Source of the DNA: an uncultured Phycisphaerales bacterium
GTDB taxonomy: Bacteria; Planctomycetota; Phycisphaerae; Sedimentisphaerales; Anaerobacaceae
Direction: 5' to 3'
Assembly: GCA_963718665.1 (NCBI GenBank)
Contig: OY970359.1
Span: forward strand, 96,001 to 160,000
DNA length: 64,000 nt
Below the pieces are notes generated by a model. The model searched no databases, had not been told where the DNA came from, and saw only the letters and a program-made list of their open reading frames with translations. Position 1 is the stretch's first letter. Each line of letters starts with the position of its first letter. Positions 10,785 to 18,932 of this stretch are shown here, one piece after another. Position numbers and translations under genes: made by a program.

Positions 10785-11621
10785 TTATGTTTCAACTGCT
10801 TCCAAGTTCTTCACGAAGTCGTCAATAATCCACTGGGGCGTTGAGGCCCCTGCTGTAACACCTGCGGTCTGACAGCCGAAAACCTGTTTTTTATCAAATT
10901 CGTCCCAGTTTTGCAAATGAAATGTTTTATTATTGTACTTTTTGCACAATTCAGCTAATTTCCGCGTATTAGCGCTCTCCCGCCCCCCCAAAACGAACAT
11001 AATATCCACTTTCCTGCACAATTCGACCGCCGCCTGCTGCCTTTTAATCGCCTCCTTGCACAGCGTATTGACCACCTTCATTTCATCAAAGCCGGCCTTC
11101 GCTATCGCAGAAAGCATCTGGCTGAAAAATTCGGGGCTTTGCGTCGTCTGGCACACAATTCCCAGTCGCCCGCTTCCTATTGTGCTTATATCCGACTCAT
11201 TACCCACGACCACCGCCCCCTTTGTGCAGCCCACTACCGCCCGCACCTCTGGGTGATTCTGGTCGCCGACTATAACCACCTTATACCCCTGCTCCTCCAT
11301 CTGCATCGCAATTTGCTGCATCCTTTTGACCAAAACACACGTCGCGTCAATGATATCCGCGTTTTTTTGTTTAAGATGGGCCATTTCCTGCGAGGCCGCG
11401 CCGTGTGAGCGTATCAGCACTGTCGCCCCCGCCGGTATCTGCTCCACGTCATCGACGGTTACAAGACCCTTTTTGGCCAATCGCTCGACAACGCCCGGAT
11501 TATGAATAATCGGCCCCAGCGAATAAACCCGGCCCTTCTCCGCCAATACCTTCTCTGCCGTGCTTATAGCGTTGCGAACCCCCGCGCAAAAACCGTATTT
11601 TTCCGCGACTATAACTTTCAT
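10785..11621 (-). CDS. ispH: 4-hydroxy-3-methylbut-2-enyl diphosphate reductase
   Basis: GFCAGV, IIHN, RSHG, DATC, HPEV, QTT, NTLC and TAGASTP motifs. Confidence 0.95.
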   Translation of the reverse strand: MKVIVAEKYGFCAGVRNAISTAEKVLAEKGRVYSLGPIIHNPGVVERLAKKGLVTVDDVEQIPAGATVLIRSHGAASQEMAHLKQKNADIIDATCVLVKRMQQIAMQMEEQGYKVVIVGDQNHPEVRAVVGCTKGAVVVGNESDISTIGSGRLGIVCQTTQSPEFFSQMLSAIAKAGFDEMKVVNTLCKEAIKRQQAAVELCRKVDIMFVLGGRESANTRKLAELCKKYNNKTFHLQNWDEFDKKQVFGCQTAGVTAGASTPQWIIDDFVKNLEAVET

Positions 11622-11723
11622 TTGAAACAGGATTTTACCACCAAGACACTAAGACACGAAGGACTTTTTGTGTTTAGCCCCAAGGTTTACCCGCCGTCCG
11701 TGTGGCGGGCCTGCCCACCTTAC

Positions 11724-13658
11724 TCAATGCGATATCTGCTCGTTAAACGTCCGCAGTCGCATATCAATCGCGCCCAAAGCCCATTCAATATAATGCAGCT
11801 TATGCGACGGCTTATAATGCGCCTCATTCATTAACCCCTCGCGAACCGTCTCCAGAAAACTCTTTATTATCTTGGCGCTGATTTCCGTTGGGTTGGACGC
11901 CCACGTCTTCAATTCCTCGTATTCACGCCGCAGCTTCGCGCTGTTCTTCAATTGCTCCGCCGTCAGGTAATCCGCCGGGTTATACGCTAATTGAAGCCCC
12001 TTCAAACACATTATCAACGGCTCATAATTCGCCCGCTGCTCCAGCCGGATAAATTTGTATTGCTGGGTACACGCCGTTACCGAAGATGGCGTCTTGTCCC
12101 CTTCGCCGTCCGCGCCGACAAACCACTGTCGCTGGCTCGTCCTGGCGAATACAAGCTCTTCTCCGCTGGTAATCTCGTCGTGCCCCATCCTCGAAATCCA
12201 CAGCCGGCCCGTCTTGTTCACCTCTGTCCCCCCGCCCAGCGCCAACAAACACTTCACGAACCCCAGGGGCAAAATCTTCTGCTTGCCGATTTGCCTCTTC
12301 CGCATCTGGAATGACAAATGCAAACTGTGCGGCTTAACATTGTAAAACGCCGTTATCTCGTTTATAAGCTGATTCAAAAGCCACGGGCACGCCGTCGCGG
12401 GCCTCGACAACTCAAGCGCAACATTCAATCGCCCCGGGGCAAGCTCGAGAAACCCCTGCCGCCTCGTCCTCTCCGCAGACCCGCTGTGGTCGTCAATGTA
12501 CCCCCCAAGTTTCCACGACAATACATCGAGCTGAAAATCATGAAAATACCGAAAACAATCGTACACCGGGTCCTCTTTTTTCCCCTCCTCGACGTCGTCT
12601 TCCACCATTGCCGCCCCTACGTTACTCAACTCCGTCTCGCATCCCATCGGCACCAGACCAGGCTGAAAATTCGACCGTATCGAGTTCAACTGCGTCTCCA
12701 CAACCCTCGCGTCAAACAAGCTCCTCGCCGCCCTCACCGCGTATTTAACGTAATCTATCAAATCGTACTTCTCGAAAGGCATCGTCTTGAGACACTGCTT
12801 CACTATCATCTCTACCGCCGAGATGTTGTTGTTGATTATCTGTAACGCTATCAGTAAGCTCACCGACCGCTTGAAATACCGCTCCGATGTCCGCATGTGT
12901 TCCAGCTCAAATCGAAAATTCGCCTGTATCCTCTCGTCTAACTGGTTCAGAAGCACTTGCTTGACCACAATCGCAAGATAATTATTGATATATTTCGCTG
13001 CCTGCGGGTCCCCGTATAAATGCCTTATACTCGGCCTGGGTCGGTTAAGCTCATGCTCTAAAAAATAATCGCTCACCGCGTCCGTTCGATAATGCGTTAT
13101 CACCAAATCCCGTTCCGTCGTCGCCAATAGCTCCCGCTCCGCTAATCGCTCCAGTTCCGCATCGATGCTCTTGTCCCCGGGACGTGTCCGCTTCTTCAGA
13201 AAATTGTCTATCCGCTTGCGCAGCCAAAGCTCATGTATCAAATTAACGTGGAACCTGTCCCCGAAATGCTTCTTCATCGCCTCGGCGCTCACAAGATACG
13301 ACTGCGCCGTCACAAGCCCCTGGGCAGTATGCACCCTCACCGTCTCTCTTTCGTATCGTTTCCCCTCGTACCGGTCGATTTCCGCCATCGCCCTCTCCGG
13401 CACGTCATAAATCACGAAACCCTCTATCTTCGCCCCCTGCGACTCAACCGCGTAAAAATACACATTGTCCGGACTTACCTTCTTGTGCCCTGCTAAAAAC
13501 GCTGGCTCTGCCAGCAAAGTATGAGCATCCGCCTTGTTGCTCTTGCGAGTAAAACTCATCCCGCATATCGACTCGAATATCTGCGGGTCCCTCAGCGAAC
13601 CATATACAAACAGATTCACCGTCGTCTTCGTCGTCGTCTTTCTCTTGCCCCTGACCAT
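11724..13658 (-). CDS. Gamma-glutamylcyclotransferase (AIG2-like) domain fused to a long C-terminal region resembling a carboxylate-amine ligase
   Basis: N-terminal LFVYGSL...IDRYEG..YER; C-terminal GCETE, GFLELAP, HSLHLS and RLEQR motifs. Confidence 0.7.
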   Translation of the reverse strand: MVRGKRKTTTKTTVNLFVYGSLRDPQIFESICGMSFTRKSNKADAHTLLAEPAFLAGHKKVSPDNVYFYAVESQGAKIEGFVIYDVPERAMAEIDRYEGKRYERETVRVHTAQGLVTAQSYLVSAEAMKKHFGDRFHVNLIHELWLRKRIDNFLKKRTRPGDKSIDAELERLAERELLATTERDLVITHYRTDAVSDYFLEHELNRPRPSIRHLYGDPQAAKYINNYLAIVVKQVLLNQLDERIQANFRFELEHMRTSERYFKRSVSLLIALQIINNNISAVEMIVKQCLKTMPFEKYDLIDYVKYAVRAARSLFDARVVETQLNSIRSNFQPGLVPMGCETELSNVGAAMVEDDVEEGKKEDPVYDCFRYFHDFQLDVLSWKLGGYIDDHSGSAERTRRQGFLELAPGRLNVALELSRPATACPWLLNQLINEITAFYNVKPHSLHLSFQMRKRQIGKQKILPLGFVKCLLALGGGTEVNKTGRLWISRMGHDEITSGEELVFARTSQRQWFVGADGEGDKTPSSVTACTQQYKFIRLEQRANYEPLIMCLKGLQLAYNPADYLTAEQLKNSAKLRREYEELKTWASNPTEISAKIIKSFLETVREGLMNEAHYKPSHKLHYIEWALGAIDMRLRTFNEQISH

Positions 13659-13710
13659 CTATAAATTCTCTGTGTTCTCTGTGGCTGAATAACTAAAAAC
13701 CCAACACTTA

Positions 13711-13745
13711 ACACGGAGCGAAGCGACGAGCCCGCTTCGGAAACT
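13711..13745 (-). repeat. 35-nt hairpin repeat, copy 2 of 3
   Basis: Identical to 6458-6492. Confidence 0.9.
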
Positions 13746-13746
13746 C

Positions 13747-14450
13747 TTATTGTCCCTTACGTATCCTGTTGTAAAGCTTGAATAACTCTTTGAACGCCCG
13801 CAGAATCACCGTCAGTTTCGCCCCTGTTTGTTTGCCTGCCTTTCGCGGGTAATGATGGACCCCCACTTCTGCAATCCTGAATCCGCGTCGCGTCGCCCTC
13901 GCCAATATCTCCGCGCTAATCAGCGCACCGCGCTCGACATTGTCATCCCTTGGAATATTTCCGCTCGAAACAGCTTAAACGCGCAGTCGATATCCCTGAT
14001 ATGCATCCCGAACAAAAGATTCACCAATCTCGTCCACATCCACCCATTCAGTTTTCTCACAAACGGGTCTTTCCGGTCTAAGCGGTATCCGCACACAATG
14101 TCATTCTGCTTTATCAAAGGCAAAAGCAGCTTTATCTCGCCAATATCGAACTGCCCGTCCCCATCGGTGAAAAATATCAACTCTTTCTTCGCCGCTCGTA
14201 TCCCGGATTGCAGCGCCGCCCCGTATCCCATATTCTGCGGATGATGCACTACCCGGACTCGTTTGTTTCCTGCCGCGATTGCATCTGCTCTTGCCCCTGT
14301 TTGGTCTGTGCTGCCGTCGTTGACGAGGATTATCTCGTAATCCGCCCCCAGGCCTTCGAGAACCTCTATCGCCCGTTGGGTTGTCTGCCCAATATTATCC
14401 TGCTCGTTATAGCACGGAAAAAACACGCTTATCGAAATCTGTCGTTCCAT
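13747..14450 (-). CDS. Glycosyltransferase family 2 (Dol-P-Man synthase-like), frameshifted near 13930
   Basis: FPCYNE, VNDGSTD, GYGAAL, DGDGQF, DIDCAFKL; the C-terminus (GALISAEILAR...HHYPRKAG) continues in another frame to the stop at 13747. Confidence 0.85.
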
Positions 14451-14658
14451 AATCCTTATCCACTCACCTGCCCCCGAGAAGTTGCTACTCTGGCTTTGCA
14501 ACAGGGGGTCCAGTTTCTTCATAATAATATTTAGCCCCGCCATCTCCGCCCTTGGCGAGTGGCGGGGTTAATCAAACCTAAGCCCGGATTATTCTAATCG
14601 CTGATTACACGGATTTCCATAGTTGTTTCGGTTAGCCCCGAAGCCTGCTTCGGGGTCT

Positions 14659-14684
14659 GTCATTCCCGCGGAAGCGGGAATCCA
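14659..14684. repeat. REP-like palindrome GTCATTCCCGC-N4-GCGGGAATCCA
   Basis: Same family occurs as an inverted doublet at 30830-30856 and 30874-30900. Confidence 0.8.
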
Positions 14685-14777
14685 TTTGTAGGGCGGGGTT
14701 TACCCCGCCGTTTCTCCTAAATTATCTCCGCCAATTCTATCTTGCAAATATCCCCACATTGCTTAAACTAATTATCT

Positions 14778-15165
14778 ATGGCTAAGAAACCTGCATCCAA
14801 TTCAAAGAAAACTCCCGTGTCGGGCAAACCCTCTTCCCTTGTTGATACACGCGTCATTTATTGCGGCGATAACTTCGAACAGCTCAAAAAACTCCCCAAT
14901 GAATGTGTTGACCTGATTTATATCGACCCGCCTTTTAATTCAAACCGTAACTATGAGGTCTTCTGGGGCGAGACAAAGGAAAAACGCGCCTTCGATGACC
15001 GCCACGCCTCAACGCAGGCCTATATCGACTTTATGCGTCCCCGCTGCGTCGAACTCCACCGCGTCCTCAAGAAAACCGGCTCATTCTATTATCACTGCGA
15101 CTGGCACGCCTCTCACTATGTCAAAATAATGCTCGACCAGATCTTCGACGAAAATAATTTTTCCA
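14778..15165 (+). pseudogene. N-terminal fragment of an N6/N4 DNA methyltransferase
   Basis: IYCGDN, VDLIYIDPPFNS, LKKTGS.Y.HCDWHA; similarity ends after DENNF. Confidence 0.8.
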
Positions 15166-15354
15166 ACGCCGGCTGCATCGTTAAATCTGCTTTTATGGCG
15201 CACGTCAAAATTCAAAATTATCCGCGACGGGACGATTATCTTGCAAAGGACGAACTTTTCCATCGTCCAAAAAAAACAATCAATACCGCAGAATTATCTG
15301 AAGCCATTACGCGGGCCTATAACCCGGCATAATTCGGAGGAAAATGTCTTGTCA

Positions 15355-16860
15355 ATGAGTCCATATAGAAACTGGTTCATCGCCGGAGCCGCTGCCATTT
15401 GCTTCGTTACGGGCCTAACGCTCTCACATCGAATTGAACCGGGTGTGCGCGTGCAAAACGTGACGCTCGCCGAAGAGACGCCTGCGCTTAAGTTCATTCC
15501 TGCCGGCCCGGGACCGCATCCGGTGGCACTGCTCGCCCACGGATACGCTGTCTCGAAAGAGACGCTCTTTCGCTACGGGGAGGCGCTCGCAGCCGCCGGA
15601 TTTATTTGCTATAGCGTTGACCTTCCGGGGCATGGAGCGTCGACGCGGACATATACTTATATGGAAGCCGTGCATACACTGGAGGCAGTTGCACGCGAGG
15701 TCGGCCCGGTAGATGTTTTCGCGGGTCACTCGCTGGGCTACATAACCGGAGGCGAGGCAGTGCGGGAAGGGGGGATGAAACCGGGGCTTTTCATTGCCAT
15801 TGGTTCCATCATGCCGGTTCTGGGTGATCATGCCCCGCCGTTGCTTATTTTGGCAGGCCGGTTCGAGGAATTCCTTCCACCGGCCCTCCTCAAGACCCGA
15901 ACGGACGTGCATCTGGTGATTTCTCCCTGGTCCGATCATATGCTTGAAGCGTTTGATCCTGTGCTGGTGAATGCAGCCGTCGAGGCCGCGTGCGCTGCGG
16001 TCAACAAGACACCGCCGCCGCCGCCCACTGCCTGGCGCTGGCGACTCCTTGGCGCAGTGCTGGCAATGCTGGCAGCGGGCAAGCTGGCCAGTTGTTTGAC
16101 GGATTTGTTTTTGCAATTGGCTCGATTCCGCGGACTGTTTATCGGTGTCTTCATTGCTGTCGCCTTCATGCTTACCCTGGGCGGCAGGTGGCTCGATGCC
16201 ACGCCACACTTACGGTTACAGGGCATCGCCATGGGTGTTACCTTCCTCCTGGTAATGATTGCAGGCAGGCTCCGCATTCCGCGATGGAGCTTTGCCGCGC
16301 TTGGTATCCTTGTGGTGGTAATTGCCGTATGCTGGCTGAAGGTGAGCCCAAGTGTGACCGTGTGGGTATTCGTGGCTTGTGCTGTGGTCTTCACGCCCGC
16401 CCTGATCGCAGGAGTTGTCATCGGCTGGGTTGCCGCCCGCCGCGGGTCCCGACTGCAAGGCGACATCGCCATGGCCATCTTCGTGGGTTGCGCCGCCTTT
16501 CAATGCGTGGGACCGCCACGAACGGCTCCTGAAGTGCCTCAACCGCATGACATCATCAAACTGGACGCAAAACTTCTCGATGCCTGTATCGGCGAATATG
16601 AAATTGCGCCAGATAATGTATTTTTCACTGGAACGAAGGTGACTATTCGGCGAAATGGAGATCATTTAGTCTGGCAAGCTTTTGGAAAAATCCCATTACC
16701 AGGTGCTTTGGATCTTTATCCCGAATCGGAAACAAATTTCTTCCTCAAAATCACTGATGCGCAAGTGACATTCATTAAGAATGAGAAAGGCGAAGTGATG
16801 GCGATAAGCCACCATATGGCGGGGCTGCCGGATAGCGAGGGAAAGAAACTTACAAATTGA
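15355..16860 (+). CDS. Alpha/beta hydrolase with multipass membrane region and a DUF3471-like C-terminal domain, inserted in the MTase gene
   Basis: AHG, DLPGHG, GHSLG nucleophile elbow; hydrophobic segments; C-terminal LYPESETNFF...VTFIKNEKGEV. Confidence 0.7.
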   Translation: MSPYRNWFIAGAAAICFVTGLTLSHRIEPGVRVQNVTLAEETPALKFIPAGPGPHPVALLAHGYAVSKETLFRYGEALAAAGFICYSVDLPGHGASTRTYTYMEAVHTLEAVAREVGPVDVFAGHSLGYITGGEAVREGGMKPGLFIAIGSIMPVLGDHAPPLLILAGRFEEFLPPALLKTRTDVHLVISPWSDHMLEAFDPVLVNAAVEAACAAVNKTPPPPPTAWRWRLLGAVLAMLAAGKLASCLTDLFLQLARFRGLFIGVFIAVAFMLTLGGRWLDATPHLRLQGIAMGVTFLLVMIAGRLRIPRWSFAALGILVVVIAVCWLKVSPSVTVWVFVACAVVFTPALIAGVVIGWVAARRGSRLQGDIAMAIFVGCAAFQCVGPPRTAPEVPQPHDIIKLDAKLLDACIGEYEIAPDNVFFTGTKVTIRRNGDHLVWQAFGKIPLPGALDLYPESETNFFLKITDAQVTFIKNEKGEVMAISHHMAGLPDSEGKKLTN

Positions 16861-16877
16861 ACAGAATGTTTTTTCCG

Positions 16878-17435
16878 GCGCAGAATTTGAAACGCCAGTG
16901 GATTGGCATTGATATTTCGCCCACGGCCTGCCGGGTGATGGCAAAACGCCTGCGAGATGTCTGCAAAATGAAAGAGGATGAAACGCTCTGGCGGAAAGGT
17001 CAGGGCTTCGTTGTTCGGGACCTGCCTTGGACGGAGGCAAAGCTGCGGGCGATCCCGCCGTTTGAGTTTGAGAACTGGGCCGTCATTGCTCTGGGCGGCA
17101 GACCCAATGTCGCCAAGGTTGGCGATATGGGCATCGACGGGCGTATCTATCCGGTGTCGGCCATGCCGAAAAAGGACAAGGGAGAGCTTGGCTTTATGGA
17201 TGTCTGGTATCCCATTCAGGTCAAGCAGAAAGATAAAGTCGGCAGGCCTGATATCGATTCATTCGAGGCGGTAATGGCCAGGGAAGACCGCACACAGGGC
17301 TTTTTCGTTTCCTTTGATTACTCATCGGATGCGATGCGGGAGATTGAGGCGTTCTTCAAAAAGACCGGCAAAATCATCCGTGCCATTACTGTCAAAGACA
17401 TCCTCGATGAGCAAATCGCCTACAAACTGGCGTAA
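16878..17435 (+). pseudogene. C-terminal fragment of the MTase fused to an Mrr-like restriction endonuclease domain
   Basis: AQNLKRQWIGIDISPTAC (MTase tail), then FENWA...GDMGIDG...IQVKQ (PD-(D/E/Q)xK). Confidence 0.75.
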
Positions 17436-17477
17436 ATCCTTAGCCTTATGTTAAAGATATTTTGGGAGTAACATAAG

Positions 17478-18398
17478 TTGTCAACTTTTGACTTTAAGAT
17501 TGAATACAATAAATGGCTTAAGCATTTTGACTCTAAAGAAAAGAATAGTATTTTACAGCAATCCTATCACATGCTTTACGAAACACTTATATATAGGTGC
17601 ATTTTAAAAGCTAGGTCTATTGCTCCAAAAGATGATGAAGGCAAACTTAAGCTAAATGGAGCAATACATAATTTTATAGACAAATGTTTTTTCATTACCC
17701 AATTAATGACTATCAGGCGACTAACAGATAAAAAAGGTTCTGATATTATTTCTCTTTACCAATTATTAAAATTAATGAAACAAAACAATAAGCACTTAAC
17801 GAGAAAAAATTATTTTATGATTTTGCAAGAGAAAGGATATCACTATGATTATTCTGAAATTAGGAAAAGAGAGGAAGAGTATATACGGAAAAATTTAAAT
17901 GAGGATAATCCCACAATTTGGATTCCAGATGAATTTGATTGGCAAAAATCATCTGATTTTCATCTGAGGTTCGATAAATTATCAAAGACTCAATTTAACA
18001 ATAGAACTCCGGAAGATATAATAGCTCCCTCCGTTTTTGAAAATTTATTTAATAGATTGGGAACCTGTGAAAACCTGCGAGATCATGTTGATAGTTTTAT
18101 AGCCCATTCATTAAATTCGGAAAAAATAGAAAAATTAGATGATGAGGCATTAAGAATAACTCTTAATCAATTATGGGGAGCACAGAAGATTATTTGTTCA
18201 GTTATAAACTTTGTAGGTTTATATCTAATAGGCATATCGGATTACATGTTGTTACCTCTAACACATGGACAGATTTTGCATTACATTGAAGAGCCTCTGG
18301 TTTCAAAAGAGAAAAAAACAGAGTTATATAAAGAAGAAGAGGTTTTCCGAAATGAAATGTTTTCTTGGAAAATAAACATTGATGAATTGATAAATTAA
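17478..18398 (+). CDS. AT-rich hypothetical protein, AbiU2/HEPN-like
   Basis: Much lower GC than neighbours; IRRLTD...ISL and LRDHVDSFIAH motifs. Confidence 0.5.
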   Translation: MSTFDFKIEYNKWLKHFDSKEKNSILQQSYHMLYETLIYRCILKARSIAPKDDEGKLKLNGAIHNFIDKCFFITQLMTIRRLTDKKGSDIISLYQLLKLMKQNNKHLTRKNYFMILQEKGYHYDYSEIRKREEEYIRKNLNEDNPTIWIPDEFDWQKSSDFHLRFDKLSKTQFNNRTPEDIIAPSVFENLFNRLGTCENLRDHVDSFIAHSLNSEKIEKLDDEALRITLNQLWGAQKIICSVINFVGLYLIGISDYMLLPLTHGQILHYIEEPLVSKEKKTELYKEEEVFRNEMFSWKINIDELIN

Positions 18399-18399
18399 T

Positions 18400-18930
18400 T
18401 CTAAAGAAAAAGAGGTCAGCCAGCCCTGAGTGTGTCGAAGGAAAGCTTTTTTCCAGGGCGATTCAAAGATGAAACCGGCAATCGCAAATCTGTGTCATTT
18501 TACAATCAGCCAGCAAACACCTTAGGTGTGGGCGACAACGTCGCCCGGCAGACGAGATAAAGGTCTTGCGCATAAACCGCGTTTGGAGCACAGACCTTAT
18601 CGAGTATGCCTCCCCGGCTGACTAAATCCGTGCAATCTGTATAATCCGTGGTTAAAAACTTCGTGTACCTTCGTGGTTAAAAAACAGTGTAAATCAAATT
18701 CTCTGCGTTCTCTGCGGTAAAACAAATCGGCATTCGTCAATCGCAAATCGGCAATCATTTAATCCGTCCGCCGAAACCTCGCCTCCCTCGGCTAACATAA
18801 CCTGCGTCAATCTGCGAAATCAGCGTCTAAAAAAATCCGTCTTCTGTCCTCAGTCCTCTGTCTTCCTTTTTTTTACTCTATTCTCTGTGACCTCTGTGTA
18901 CTCTGTGGCTTAAAAAAACTCTGTGGCTAA
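18400..18930. repeat. Mosaic of 7/9/10-mer tandem repeats and hairpin elements
   Basis: AATCCGTG, CTCTGTG, CTTCGTG, AATCGGC and TTCTGTC arrays; includes the 118-nt element at 18505-18622. Confidence 0.85.
18505..18622 (-). other. Structured ~118-nt repeat element (ncRNA or ssDNA element), copy C
   Basis: Terminal TCAGCC...GGCTGA stem enclosing three hairpins; related copies at 22501-22618 and 22865-22979. Confidence 0.7.
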
Positions 18931-18932
18931 GT

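Noticed and set aside
15165..16878. Insertion sequence or integron cassette inside the MTase
   Set aside because: No transposase, terminal inverted repeats, target duplication of an intact site, or attC core sites were found; part of the MTase is deleted.
17429..17456. dif site (TTATGTTAAA matches the XerD arm)
   Set aside because: No recognisable XerC arm at the expected spacing, and the skew flip is 3.6 kb away with origin-type polarity.
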